64,000 bases of DNA from contig OX597826.1 of the NCBI GenBank assembly GCA_951406725.2, positions 26,288,001 to 26,352,000 of the forward strand, given 5' to 3'. A program made the position numbers and the translations under genes. Below the pieces are notes generated by a model that ran no database searches, was not told where the DNA came from, and saw only the letters and a list, made by a program, of their open reading frames with translations. Each line of letters starts with the position of its first letter. The stretch's first letter is position 1. This stretch comes from Octopus vulgaris (Eukaryota). Shown here in pieces: positions 1-14,944 of this stretch.

Positions 1-235
1 TTCCTACTTTGGCCAATATTGCTCAACTTCTTTCATTGAGCTTTTATGAAGGTTGGGAGTGGTGAAAAAACCCTCCATTAGTCACATGGGTGTGTTGTCC
101 ACCCAGATTTTTTTCAAATGCTCGTAATTTATAGTTGGCAACTTTTTTTTCCTTCGCTCCATTACTCTACCCTTCTGACTCAGCAATTTCAACTTATGGA
201 AACATTTTGTGTCTAGTTTTGAGAAAAAGAAAATA

Positions 236-868
236 TTGGGTGGTCCTGAAAGTTCGTGCCGATTTTTAAAGGAAAGAAAAAGGTCAATAAATACTTGCCA
301 TTACAATTTTAAGCAACCAAATACGGACCATTTTGTTGCACAATGCGTCTCCATCTTTCCTTTAACTTGAAAACACTCTCTTCCCAGAATTGAGGTGGTT
401 TCATGGCCAAGAATTCATCAAGGTATCTTTTTACGTCATCTAAGGAATTGTAATTTTTACCATTAAGATATTCTGCAGAGACCTGAATAAGTAGAAATCC
501 GAAGGAGCAATACCTGGTAAATATGGAGGGTGGGGTAACACATCCCAGCCGAGCCGCAGCAATTTTTGTGTGGTATCCAAAGCATCAAGTGCCAAAGATG
601 AACTTTCTTATCTTCCATTTTAAAGGGCTACAGAATTAACGCAGGTTATAAGAACATAAACCTTCTTCCACGAAAAGATAGCTTAAACTGTGCTCTAAAT
701 GGAGGTGTAGTCAAATCCTATTTTATGGACACGAACTTTCCGGACAACCTAATAGTTCAGTTGATAAACGTCAGTAGTGAAATCCTATTTTATGGACTAA
801 ACCATGTTCTAAAATAAGTCGAAAGGTAAGCTGTCATAAATCGGCACAAACTTTCCGGACAACCCATT
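236..868 (-). mobile_element. Internally deleted mariner (DD34D) element with terminal inverted repeats
   Basis: Left end ttgggtggtcctgaaagttcgtgccgattt matches right end aaatcggcacaaactttccggacaacccat as an inverted repeat; a partial extra TIR copy lies at ~727-753. The minus strand encodes a mariner C-terminus (GWDVLPHPPYLPGIAPSDFYLFRSLQN...KLKERWRRIVQQNGPY). Confidence 0.8.
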
Positions 869-1278
869 ATATAAATAAATGAAAAAAGTACAAAACAAAA
901 GAAAAACAAAAACATTTCTGTTATTGAATCGATGTATTTCACCTACAGTATACTCCGTCTGGTTATGTAACAATTTTATAGTCATTTTCGGGTAAAACCA
1001 CCAAGAGAAGAGTACAAGGCCAGCATTTTCGGTGGGAGGAGCCTGGTCGATTACAATCGATCCGGGTTGTCAAATTTTGCTTAGTTTATTAAAACCGAAA
1101 TGTTGTATGGCATAATTTAAATTGGAGCGTAAAGGCAGACGACCTGCTGCTAAGCATTTTGTGCGGCTAATGATTATGCCAGATGGCTGCCTTTCTATGC
1201 ACATGCATAAAATCCTACGTACACAAGCACATTCACAAAGACAAACTGTCACCAGACCACACACCTTCACATGCACAG

Positions 1279-1325
<47 letters not shown>

Positions 1326-2306
1326 TCAACATAGGCACTAACAAACTAACACATCCGCGCATATATATATACATTACATGTATTTCTGCGCGTATCCGTA
1401 TATATATGTAGATATATATTTATACACTTGTCTATAAATCCTTGAAAATGTTTCAGCCCGAAAGCTGCGGCCATGCTGGGGCACCACCGTTGATATATAT
1501 TTACATACACTCTCTCACGCACACACGCATACACATATGCACGTATGCACGTATGCACACACACGCATAAACATCCACCCACGCTCATATACACACACAT
1601 AAAAGATTGTAAAAATTTTAATGTACGACGCTCATCTTCAAATATAGAAACGTCATTCTAGAGTCACCTCCCTTACATTAGAAATTACGTTGTCGTGATT
1701 CGGTCTTGAATATATTTCTCAATCACTAGAAAATGTTTACTTAAAATTGATAATGCTCTCGTTTTCAAGTACGTAAACCCTAAGCAAACTAACTACATAT
1801 AAATCCATATATGAGAGACTAACGACATTCTTCTCGAATGAATTACTGTTAAAGGACGGAGTATGTATGTATGTATGTATGTATGTATGTATGTATGTTT
1901 ATTTTGATTTCTCGTATTGTATTTTCTTTTTATTTCTCGTTTTGTATTTTCTTGTACATGTATTTTTATCTTGTATTTTATTGTGCAGTTTTATTGATAC
2001 GTCCTGTTTGTGTTACATTTTTTCTTGCTTGTTTTTTACCCCTCTGCGAGGTAATTTTATTTTGATTCTCTCGCAGGAAGGCCTCGTTTTGACGAGTCGT
2101 GCCCTGTCTTGCCTTCGAAACACGCTTGAGTCTAACTAGCGACAGCTGATGATTGGGGATTTTTCCTTGTGTAGTATGTCCTGTACTTTGTTTTTCTATT
2201 GTAAAAAAATGTTTTTCCCGTTTTCGTTTCTCGTCCAGTTCCACGTCTCCGTTTTCGTTTCTCGTTGAGTTCTACGTCTAGTTGTAGTATCCTGCACTCA
2301 CATATA

Positions 2307-3585
2307 CGAGGGGCGTTCAATAAGTAATGCACCTGACCCACTTCCCATAGCAGTAGGAAACTTGGCACAGTTATTAGTCTTTTTTTACATAGGAACCACC
2401 CAGAGTTACGCATTTCTCCCATCGTTTCATGCGGCTCTGGAGACCGTTTTTGTAGAAGAACCCAGCTTGGTCCGCCAACCTCAACGTGATTTCAGAAATC
2501 AAGGCTGCATCATCTGGGAAACGCTTTCCTTTCAAAAACAACTTCATGATTGGGAAGAGATGAAAATCAGAGGGTGCAAGGTCAGGAAAGTAGGGGGGAT
2601 GGGGAGGGGTTCATAGCCATACGCCTCTGCTTCTGATCTGGCGACAAGCGAGTTGTGGACCGGAGCGTTGTCCTGCAGGAGGAGGATGCCTTTGCTGATC
2701 TTGCCCCGCCTCTTGATTTTGATAACTTCTCTTAATTTCCTCAAAAGTGAAGTATAATAGGCTCCTGCAATTGTGGTACCCTTTGCCAGGAAATCTGTCA
2801 TCACTACTCCGTCCTGGTCCCAGAAGACTGTGAGCATGACCTTGCCAGCGGAGGGCTGCACCCTTGCCTTCTTTGGAGGGGATGAGTCACGGTGCTTCCA
2901 GTGCATTGACTGGGCTTTGGTCTCTGGATCATCGTGATGGACCCAGATTTCATCCTGTGTAATCAATCTTTTGAAAAATTTTGACTCATCTTCTTGGCAC
3001 ATCTCCAAATTCACCCTCGAGCACTCGACGCGTTCTTGCTTCTGGAAAGGCGTGAGCAACCTGGGAATCCATCTGGCAGACACCTTTTGCATATGCAAAT
3101 GGTCATGAATGATAGTTTCCACAGACCCGGTACTAATCTTGACCTCATGGACTATTTGGCGAATAATTATGCGTCGATCTTCCAAAATGGCAGCCTCAAC
3201 TTGACGGACAGATGCCTCATCAATGGCAGAAGGGGGCGACCAGATCTGGGAACTGTTTCCACAGAGTTCCGTCCATGTTTGAATTCACGATGCCGGAGTT
3301 TTACAAGGTAATATGATGGGGCATCATCATCATAAGTTACTTTCATTTCATCAAAAGTCTCCCGTGGTGTGCGTCCTTTCAAATACAAAAACCGGATCAC
3401 TGCTCGACACTCAACAGGCTCCATTTCACACTTGACTCGGTTTAAACACCTGTAAATCAGAAACCACAATTAATTCAGAGCTGTAATTTGCCACTTACTC
3501 TATATAAATAATTGCACATGCAAAATTTCAGCTAGATCAAACAAATGCAAGTGGGTCAGAGGCATTACTTATTGAACGTCCCTCG
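2307..3585 (-). mobile_element. Full-length (~1.28 kb) mariner transposon, probably irritans-type
   Basis: TIRs cgaggggcgttcaataagtaatgc(a)cctgacccactt / aagtgggtcagaggcattacttattgaacgtccctcg, flanked by TA. Confidence 0.92.
2374..3424 (-). pseudogene. Mariner transposase, frameshifted
   Basis: MEPVECRAVIRFLYLKGRT N-terminus, WIPRLL (WVPHEL-like) linker, ITQDEIWV, LQDNAPVH and C-terminal KRWEKCV; split across ORFs 3167-3469 and 2544-3185 with at least two frameshifts. Confidence 0.9.
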
Positions 3586-3672
3586 TATATATTTATATAT
3601 GCATGTATATATACATGTAGATGTAGGTGCGTACATATATGTTTGTATATATGCATATATTTTATTTATTAC

Positions 3673-3834
<162 letters not shown>

Positions 3835-4064
3835 GACGTGCTACATTCAGTTTTCGCCTACCAAATCTATTCAGAAGACTTTGGTCGGTCCGGGGTTATA
3901 GTAGAAGACACTTGCCCAAGGTAGGGTTGAAACCGGAACGCGAAACTTTGAAGCCAGTGTCAATAATATTCTAGTTCAAGAAAACTAAATTCGTACTCTA
4001 AAATACCATAGAGGAACCCATCAGATTAATATAGAATTGTTTTTCTTATGATGGAGTATAAAAA

Positions 4065-4340
4065 GGCGGCGGGCTAGCAGAATCGTTAGCACGCCGGGCG
4101 AAATATTTAGTGGTATTTCGTTTGCCGCTACGTTCTGAGTTCAAATTCCGCCGAGGTCGACTTTGCCTTTCATCCTTCCGGGGTCGATTAAATAGAGTAC
4201 CAGTTACGGTCCTTGTTTGCCCTCTCTGTTTTTAGCCCTTTGTGGGTAGTAAAGAAATAGGTATTTCGCCTGTCGCGACGCTCGAAGTTAAAATTCCGCG
4301 GTGAAATACTGGGGTGATGTAATCGACTACTCACCACCCG
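4065..4340 (+). mobile_element. tRNA-derived SINE, family A (Meta/MESC-like central domain)
   Basis: Head ggcggcgggctagcagaatcgttagc...gagttcaaattcc (A/B-box-like), then gccttt catcctt cggggtcgat aaa agtaccag. Further copies at ~1020-1190(-), 4567-4790(-), 22001-22210, 22320-22600(-), 23300-23520, 27672-28250, 29587-30370 and 43913-44100. Confidence 0.8.
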
Positions 4341-4464
4341 AATATATATATATATATGTATATATATATATGTATATATATATTGATAGAGAAAGCGGAG
4401 AAAGTAAAGAAAGGGGAAAAAGAAGAAAAACGTGCTGATGAAGAGAGGTTTTACTTGATGCATA

Positions 4465-5190
<726 letters not shown>

Positions 5191-5439
5191 AGCTGCTTAT
5201 ATAAAATAACATAGTCGGTCAAGATACATAACTCTAGAAGTATATTCTTGAGTTACTTCCCTTGAAAAATTTTATCGTTTATTAATTCTTCATTTCCGTA
5301 TCATTCTTCATTGCAAGAAATTTGCATATCCATTCATACCTCTTTCTAATAAATGTCTTTTATCTTTTATTTGTTACAGTCATTACTACAGCGACCATAT
5401 ATATATATATGTATATATATAGAGAGAGAGCAATTAGAA

Positions 5440-5790
5440 AATGGAGGTGGTTCATCTACATTTAGACATAATATTGTCAACTTATTTAATTATTAAAATG
5501 ACAATTACAAGAATATACATACATGTATAACATATTATGCTTTACATATAAAAATATATTAATATATAAAGAAACCAGTAATTATTTAAATATAATATTC
5601 CTTTATATTCCTGTATGTTATATTTTAATACTTACTTGTATCTTTATATATTAATATATTTTATATGTAAAGCATACTATGTTATACATGTATGTATATT
5701 CTTGCAATTGTCATTTTAGTAAATAAATAGACAATTTGACATAATATAATGGCTAAAAGTTGATGAAGCACCTATTGATTCCCTCCATTT
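5440..5790. repeat. Imperfect inverted repeat in an (AT)n-flanked non-coding element (PLE-type fold-back)
   Basis: aaaatgacaattacaagaatatacatacatgtataacata...atatataaaga at ~5495-5572 is the reverse complement of ~5641-5718. Confidence 0.7.
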
Positions 5791-5972
5791 TCTTATGGCT
5801 TTATAAATTAATGTTAAAATATTTCTTTGCCTTCACCCATTTAATACACTAGGTATTGTAATTGCAATGCAATAAAAAACACTTGTCTATTAATAATTGG
5901 GTGTTCTACTAGCAGTATATTGGATAGATATTATCCCTTACTTGGTTGGATTCACAACCTCTAACTTTCTTG

Positions 5973-6036
<64 letters not shown>

Positions 6037-6137
6037 ACATGTATATATGTATATATGTATATATATGTATATAAGTATATATATGTATATATATATATAT
6101 ATCTATAAAATAATATGTTACATTTACTCAATAGTCA

Positions 6138-6200
6138 AGATAAAACTCTGAGTTTCAGATGCCGAAGTGGAAATCCACAACACCATCTCTTCGGTTATCT
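6138..6200 (-). ncRNA. Type I hammerhead ribozyme motif, C4 variant
   Basis: Minus strand: agataa|CCGAAGA|gatg..catc|t|GAAA|ctcagag|UU|ttatct, giving a perfect 6-bp stem I and a near-palindromic stem III. Confidence 0.65.
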
Positions 6201-7029
6201 GGCCATCTGAAAAACGCTATGAAAAAATACCGTTATATAAAGGGAAATTACTGTGTTATAATTCTGCTCGCGACCCACGTGCGTACTTATACGTCACTAT
6301 GAAAACGTACACATCTTCACTCGCATTTTTCGCCAAATATATACGCATATATATACAAACTCATACACACGCACATGCGTACCGTAATAGTTCATACATA
6401 CGTCTATATAAGCACAAGTAGAAGCACAAGAAAAACCATGGTTAAAGGTAACAGAAAAAACATAAGGAAGTATACAAAGCATAAAAACCACGTTCAAATA
6501 TGGATATGCCCCTATGCACTCATACACACACACACGCCCATATGTAGATACCCGCACATATTTATATACGCATACATATACACGCATATACGAAAAATGA
6601 ATATACATATGTCCCCCCCCCAAAAAAAAATGGAAAAATACTAAGTAAAAACGTCTATATATATATATGTGCATTCTTATGCCCGCACACACGCACACAT
6701 CTAAAACTGCCCACTCATACATATTCACACACGTGTACAAATGAATCTATATACACATCTATATAGGCACAGGAAAAAATGCAGGATAGAAAAGTACAGA
6801 AAAATATATATGAAATAATGAAAGATATAATGAGATAAAAAACTTTTTGGGACATAATATAGAAAGCAAGTTCTATCTGTTTTCTTTAGGGGACCAAAAA
6901 CGTAACAAAAATTTAGAGTTTTATCTTGACTATTGAGTAAATGTAACATACTATTTTATAGATAAATTTCCTCTATTTACATAATATTGAGGTCTCTTTC
7001 TTTCTTTTGTTATCTTACCGTTTTTGCCA

Positions 7030-7061
<32 letters not shown>

Positions 7062-7789
7062 ATATAAGTATATATATGTATATACACTACCGTCAGAAAT
7101 TAATTAGCACCCTTGATTTGCTCTTCACTCAAGGTATGTGCTGTCACCTAGTGGCCATATCTCGAACTATTGCTTTGTTGCGAGTTCACTGTTGCGCAGA
7201 ACGATGACGTAACTTTGTTTTCAGAGCAGTTTGAGAGTCTACAGCCTTATGATGTTGACATAGCAGTGCAACAACAACTTGGAGTGCGGATGCAGACAAA
7301 TCTTCCTTTGTATATATATATATGCAATATATACTGATATATATATATATATATCAGAAATATATTATGCTCTCTAATTACGCGGTTGCACAAAAGCAAC
7401 TCACAGTAGAGATATTTGCAATTTATAAGATTTCCTCACGAGACAACTACGATTTCAGTCGGGATGTATACTTCCAGATACAACAGCGTATCACCAGAAG
7501 GTACCATCGAGTCACTTGAACAACATCTGGAAAGATAGCAAGAATATAATGATTATTATCTTTTATGGCCGGTAACAATTTGGCACGGCTGACTGCACAT
7601 TCAGCCTGTTTTGGAGATAGCACCTTTTGGCACTGGAAGCAAACACACTCACGAGCGCAAACCATATACACGTACAGAAACAATGAAAGAGAGAGTGAAA
7701 AAGCGGTAGATAGATGGATAGATAGATAGATAAATAGAGAGAGGGGGGAATAAAGAGGCATTACGCATACTTAAATGCATACTTAATCT

Positions 7790-7975
7790 GGCACTTAGCC
7801 GGTTACGGCGACGAAGGTTCTGGTCAATCCGATCGACGGAGTAAGTTGCTCGTAAAGTTAGTGGTTGAGTAATCTACAGGCATGCGCACTCATAACGTTG
7901 TTCTCAGGGAGATTCAGCGTGATACAGAATGTGATAAGGTTGGCTCTTTTGAATACAGATACTACTCATTTTTGC
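7790..7975 (-). mobile_element. Fragment of SINE family C (related to 44837-45212)
   Basis: Reverse complement matches tcacgctgaatctcccc gagaac...cacgagcaggctgttccgttgat.ggatcaactggaaccctcgtcg. Confidence 0.6.
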
Positions 7976-8082
7976 CAAAGACACAACACATCGAATACCC
8001 TAACCGTTAAGCCACGCACCATGACATACACACATCTATAACTAGATTGTAACACATATAAGCAGAAAGAAAGTGAGTGAGT

Positions 8083-8151
<69 letters not shown>

Positions 8152-9003
8152 CGGAGGAGACAACGAGAGCAACGTTAAAACGTCTGATGTTAAATAAGTC
8201 AAAGTCGAAACAGCGATGGCAAAAGTCGGCGCCTAAATGGCTGTGCCACCTCGTCTCGTAATCCTGAAACTTATAACATGTTTCTGTCAACAAACTCTGT
8301 TGTGACTAGTAAATTTTAAATCTTAATTTCAATTTCATTTCTATTCTGTAATATATGGAGATAAATTATTTAGCAGCCACCTTTTTCTTAAGAAAGTTTT
8401 TTTCCCTCTCTTGGACTAGCATTGCCAAATATGGTATACTTTCCAGTAATTAATGAGTGAGGTCAACATTTCATCTCATTTAAGACCATTCCTTACATCC
8501 TCCGCAACCGTGAAGGTAAAATGAAATCATACCTCTGTTGAATAATTGCTTGCTAATCAACAGATATGAAGTCATTCGTACCGGGTTGTTCGCTTAAATT
8601 GGAAAAGTGAACAATAGACATGCCTGCCTGACTGCCTGACTGCATGTATGTATGTATGTATGTATGTATGTATGTATGTATGTATGTATGTATGTATGTA
8701 TGTATGTATGTATGTATGCATGTATGTATGTATGTATGTATGCATGCATGTATGTATGTATGTATGTATGTATGTATGTATGCATGTATGTATGTATGTA
8801 TGTATGTATGTATGTATGTATGTATGCATGCATGTATGTATGTATGTATGCATGTATGTATGTATGTATGTATGCATGCATGTATGTATGTATGTGTGTA
8901 TGTATGTATGTATGTATGTATGCATGCATGTATGTATGTATGTATGTATGTATGCATGCATGTATGCACGTGCGCACGTCACACACACACATGTATATAT
9001 AGG

Positions 9004-9052
<49 letters not shown>

Positions 9053-9106
9053 TTACAAAGAAAGGGAGAAAGTGGGATTGAGAGAGAGAATGGTTACATG
9101 AATGTA

Positions 9107-9188
<82 letters not shown>

Positions 9189-9226
9189 TATATATATATG
9201 TGTGTGTGTATATATATACATATATG

Positions 9227-9281
<55 letters not shown>

Positions 9282-9730
9282 TCACACACACACACACACA
9301 TATATATATATACATGCGTACATACATACATATTTATATTCTCTCTTCCTATATATATATATATGCACATGGAGAGAAAGGGGGAGAGAAAAGAGAGAAG
9401 GGGGTAGAAGAGAAGGAGAGAGAGAAAGAATCTTGAAAGCAGAGTGGGTGTAATTAGATGAGGAAGTCGAAGTATGAAGAATGTGGAAGAGGAGAGGGTA
9501 GCTGAAGATAGGAACTGGAAGAGGAGGCCAATCTGACTGATTAAATTAAGGCTTTCATCTCAGTGAAACTATCCCCTTCTAGCCAACTATTTAGATTAAG
9601 GGCCGGAGGGTTTTATTTGCATCTTCTGTCTTCAATTCTATCTACTTAATACTTTCTTTCTTATTGTTCTCTTTCTTTGCACCACCACCTCTCACTTTGT
9701 CTCTCTGTCTCTTCACACCATCACACACGC

Positions 9731-9829
<99 letters not shown>

Positions 9830-10033
9830 CACTCTCACTCTCTCTCTCTCTCTCTATTTATCTATCTTTCTGTCTCTCCCTCTGTCGGCCTGCCTGGATG
9901 TCTATCTATGTATCTATTTATGTATGTATGCATGTATGTATGTATGTATGTATGTATGTATGTATGTATGTATGTATGTATGCATGCATGTATTATGTAT
10001 GTATGTATTATCTATCTGTCTATCTATCCATCC

Positions 10034-10123
<90 letters not shown>

Positions 10124-10869
10124 TTACATATATACGTACATGCATGCATACAAACATACATAAATACGCACATACATACATACATACATACATACATACA
10201 TACATACATACATACATACATACATACATACATACACAGATATTTCTGTATGCACGTTTCTGCCGTTCTGCATGCATTTCTCTAGTTCTTTCTATCCTCT
10301 TCAACACACTGTCTCTTTTCCCTTCTCTATCCTTGTCTCTGACTGTTTATCCATGTCTATCTGTCTTCTCTGATCTCTCTCTGTGCCTCTCTCTCTCTCT
10401 CTCTTTCTTTCTCTTCTGCAGGTCTTTCTCATTTTCATTTTAACATCACACTTTTTCTGCTCGCTCCTCTACTTTCTACACCAATTGCCTCATTCGCCAT
10501 ATGCCTTACTCAACTATTAATCTCTCTATCGGTCCATCTCCCTCTGTCTCTCTCTCTGTCTCTGTCTTTGTCTCTCTGTTTCTCGGATATCTGTAAATAT
10601 CGCTTTACCACTAACACCGCTCATCTGGCTTCCCTCTCTTCAGCTCTCTTACTGTCTCTCTACCTCCTTCAACTGTTTCTCCTATTCAATCCAACAGCCT
10701 CTCTCTTTCTTTCTCTGTATCTCTCATCTTTATTCACATTTCCCCACCATATTTCTCTCTTCCTACTTATATGAAACCATATCTCTCTTTATATCCTCAT
10801 ATCTCTTTGCCTTTCTCTTCCACTCTCTTTCGCACTCTCTCTCTCTTACACAACGTCTCTCTCTCACTC

Positions 10870-10901
<32 letters not shown>

Positions 10902-11014
10902 TTTTTCTTTCTCTTTCTGTCTGTCTCTGCTATTCCGTCTTTGTCTTTCCCATCAATCCGTCATTATGTCTCACCTTCATACTGTTATCTAACCCCTCTC
11001 TCCGTCTGAAATAC

Positions 11015-11700
11015 CCTACCACTATCACTGCCATCACCACCAGCACCAGCATCAGCAGCATCAGCAGCAGTAGCATCAGCAGCATCAGCAGCAGCAGTAG
11101 CATCAGCAGTAGCAGTAGCAACAGCAGCAGCAGTAGCAGCAGCACCACCAACCACCACCACCGCCACAACCAGCACTACCAATACTACCATCAATACCAA
11201 CACCAGCACCAGCACCACCAGCACCACCAGCACCAGCACCAGCACCACCAACACCACCAGCACCACCTGCACACTACCACCACGACTGCTGGCACCAGCA
11301 GCAGCAGCAGCACCGCCACTACCATCACCATCAGTCTTAAGCAAATGTTCCAAAAGCTTCCTCCTGAGTATTGTTCCGTTAAACAAAAGACATTCAACCC
11401 AAGATTGTAACTGACAACACCTGACATAGCTTTCAGCTGTAGTGAACATCACCGCCACCATCACCATCATCGCCGTCACTACCATGATTAGAGACACAGC
11501 TACCATCGCATACCGCCGCCAATACCACCATCACTGCCACTGTCACAACCCTCTCCCCCACCAATACCACCGTTGCTCTATCATCACCACTACGACCATC
11601 ACCACTGTAATGTTTACCGACGCAACTACCACTAGATAATATCACTATCAATACCGTCACCATAACCACTACCATCACCACTATTGACACAGCCATTACT
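11015..11700. repeat. Cryptic (ACC/AGC)n trinucleotide low-complexity tract
   Basis: Degenerate acc/agc/atc repeats with no coherent reading frame or splice context. Confidence 0.8.
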
Positions 11701-11760
11701 TTTACAACTGTTAAAAAAAGAGAGAATAGAGATGATAAAGAGAAAATAGGTACAAAGTTG

Positions 11761-11797
<37 letters not shown>

Positions 11798-11848
11798 AAC
11801 CTTATACCTATTTTCTCCATGATAGATGTCTCTGTTTATTTCTGTGTT

Positions 11849-11885
11849 CCTTTCTGTCGAAGAGCGTAGGTTCGAAACGTAAAGA
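11849..11885 (+). ncRNA. Minimal hammerhead-like motif, U6 variant (family also at 17217 and 52107)
   Basis: ccttt|CTGTCGA|a|gagc gtag gttc|GAAA|cg|TA|aag; lies in a ~160-230-bp (AT)n-flanked element repeated three times in the window. Confidence 0.5.
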
Positions 11886-11972
11886 ACTTTCTCACTTCCC
11901 GAACGTTAAACTAATGAATCTGCTTATTGTTTACACACCCGTCTTCGTCTTTTGTCTGTTTGTTAATTCTCA

Positions 11973-12049
<77 letters not shown>

Positions 12050-12188
12050 ATTTTCTGCCTAAAAGAATTAGATCTGCAAATGCAATATACCTACATACCT
12101 CACATCTATTTTCTTTTATTTTCTCCACCTCACTCTCTATTTTATATCTTATCTAAATTAACTATTTCTTAACCATCCTCTCACACCC

Positions 12189-12234
12189 TCTCCGATGAAG
12201 GGATATAATAAATATCCTGGAAACAGCTGTAAGA
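12189..12234 (+). ncRNA. Hammerhead-like motif, C4 variant, weak stem I
   Basis: tct|CCGATGA|ag ggatat aataa atatcc tg|GAAA|cagctg|TA|aga; palindromic stem III acagctgt. Confidence 0.5.
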
Positions 12235-12304
12235 CCTTCTATCTATAAATGTTCTAAAATCTACACAGCCTTGGTTTTTTTTTTATCTCATTACAAAAAA
12301 ATGT

Positions 12305-12358
<54 letters not shown>

Positions 12359-13703
12359 TGTGTGTGTATGTGTGTGTGTGTGTGTGTATGTGTGTGTGCG
12401 TGTGTGTGTTTGTGTTTGCGCTTATGTGTTTGCACGCTTGCTGATGGAACATTTATTCACTACATTTCTGCGTTGGCATTGTCTATCCAAAGAGCAATGA
12501 TCTCGTTATCTACAATTACATAGGCTATGATTTAGACCAGCTAATGAAAAAAACACTTATTATTTTTTATCAATGTCATCGCAGTAGAATGCAGGATTCG
12601 TAGTGTAAGTATTATAATTTAGACGTCTCTCACACTCTTATATCTATTTCTTTTATATTTTCCCTAATCATTTTCTTCTTTCTCCTCTATCAATACTTTT
12701 TTGTTGTCTCTCTGATCGTCAAGATTTGCTTAGAAGCTACCCCAGACATGCCTATCCAAGTTGATTTATAACAGCCTATACTATGATACGTAGCTTTAAT
12801 AATGTTTTGCTTCATCGAACAGACCACTGTCTGAATATACAGATGAATTAACGAATGAACTTCTAAAATGATCTTATGAAATCATGTGCTAAAACAGTCG
12901 TTTTATCTTTACCATTTCTATTATTTGCATGGCCAGCAGAAACTTCTTATAAAAAACACGAACACATCCTACGAAATCGTCTGTATCAATACATAAGTCA
13001 ATTCATCAAAATTATTCTCGTATTAATTTATTCATCAAGGTTATAGGAAAATGACTATAGGTCTTCGTTTTATTAACAATATTTTATAATCATTGTTACA
13101 AAACCGTTATTCATATTGTCTTCCAGGCTGTTAAATGATTTATAGGTCACGCGTTGTTGAAACAGCTGTAACGTTGCTTGTTATTTTTATACCCAGCGCG
13201 GAAATGGAACTTCATAGAATTTCAGGATGTATTAAACAAATTCGTCTACAGAAGTATTGTCCCTTTCTGTACATTCTGTTAGCCAGTATTCACGGAGTAT
13301 ACAGAGAGATAATCACCTGAATTATTGGAGTCCCTTTCATTTGCTACATACACATAATCGTAGACTTTTAAAAGCTATCTCTACAGATTCTCAACTAGAG
13401 CCAGCTCTAAAAAATTATGACCTTTCATATACGAAACGTTGTAACTTTCGGTGCCGGCTCTAATTTCTATAGAAAAACTGTAAAGGTAACTTTAAAAAGT
13501 GTTTGGATCACACTGCTAAAATGGTAGGTCGAATTATTGACTTATAAAACCTTTAATATGCTTGGTAGTATATTCTGGTACATAACGAAATACGGTGAAC
13601 CCATTAGCAGTTAACACATTCATACATACAGATATCTGAATGATGATTATCTGTCTATCTATCTATCTATCTGTCTGTCTGTCTGTCTGTCTGTCTCACT
13701 CTT

Positions 13704-13738
<35 letters not shown>

Positions 13739-13805
13739 GTCTGTCTCTCTCTCTCTTTATCTATCTATCTATATATCTATCTCTCTATCTCTCTATAAAT
13801 ACATA

Positions 13806-13966
13806 TGGCTGTGTGGTAAGTAGCTTGCTAACCAACCACATGGTTCCGGGTTCTGTCCCACTGTGTGGCATCTTGGGCAAGTGTCTTCTGCTATAGCTCC
13901 GGGCCGACCAATGCCTTGTGGGTGGATTTGGTAGACGGAAACTGAAAGAAGCCTGTCGTATATATG

Positions 13967-13997
<31 letters not shown>

Positions 13998-14210
13998 TTG
14001 TGTGTCTGTGTTTGACCCCTAGCATTGCTTGACAACCGATGATGGTGTATTTATGTCCCCGTTACTTAGCGGTTCGGCAAAAGAGACCGATAGAATAAGT
14101 ACTGGGCTTACAAAAGAATAAGTCCCGGGGTCGAGTTGCTCGATTAAAGGCGGTGCTCCAGCATGGCCGCAGTCAAATGACTGAAACAAATAAAAGAATA
14201 AAAGAAAGAA
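13806..14210 (+). mobile_element. SINE family B, near full length
   Basis: Same head, CORE-like segment and tail as 4465-5190. Other copies at ~26385-27100, 28470-28821(-), 30400-30540(-), 33700-34057(-), 35888-36630, 41225-41445(-) and 49082-49420(-). Confidence 0.8.
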
Positions 14211-14944
14211 AGAATATATGCATGTATGTATGTATGTATGTACATAAGTATGCATGTATATAAACAGAAAACGTCATCAAAATTACAACTAATCAAAACT
14301 TGATCCTTTACCGTAAAAACATATATATACTAACAGATTTGAACCTGTAACATTTCGAACTCTAACAACATTAGAAGGTGAAGGGACCCGTGCACTTCGA
14401 CTGAAATTGAGAAAAGAACTAAACATACAACGACAGAAATTGTAAAAAAAGAAATTTCTTTCTCTCTATCTTTTTCTCTTTCTACCCACATTTTTTCATA
14501 AAATCTCAGTATGACTGAACTATCAATAATGTACATTTGTTATGATTTTCATCGAATACTTACACTTATAATACTATCTGTCCCTGTGGAACTTCCTGAA
14601 ATTTCTGTGAATATTTGTAAAGATGATCGTTTAAACATGTTTTTCCGAATTTCACTTTGTAATTTTAAGCTTTCTAAAAGCCTTAATTTATTTATTGATT
14701 TTCACCATTGATAAGCAAAATCTTGTCGAAACGGATTGGTATTTGAACAAATCTATGACAAAATTTATAAAACGACTACATGCCTTGAGATTTAGGTGCA
14801 TTTTCGAACCCCAAAGCAAATTCTCCTATATATATTTAGGAAAGAAAAATATGTAAAAACGCACAGGAGGTTTGTGTAGTAAAATGTATGCTAATATTAA
14901 GATCATAATGAAACAAGGAATTGTATTTATTACATTAGATAATA

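Noticed and set aside
2060-2135. gaaggc...gccttc-GAAAC hairpin resembling an HHR
   Set aside because: No recognisable CUGANGA-type core at the required position.
7447-8300. Minus-strand acceptor-like sites (~7527, ~8263) with short ORFs
   Set aside because: No convincing donor sites or recognisable protein.
8553-10443. Long ORFs (MYVC, HTYI, IYLS repeats)
   Set aside because: Translations of ATGT/ATCT/AT microsatellites, not proteins.
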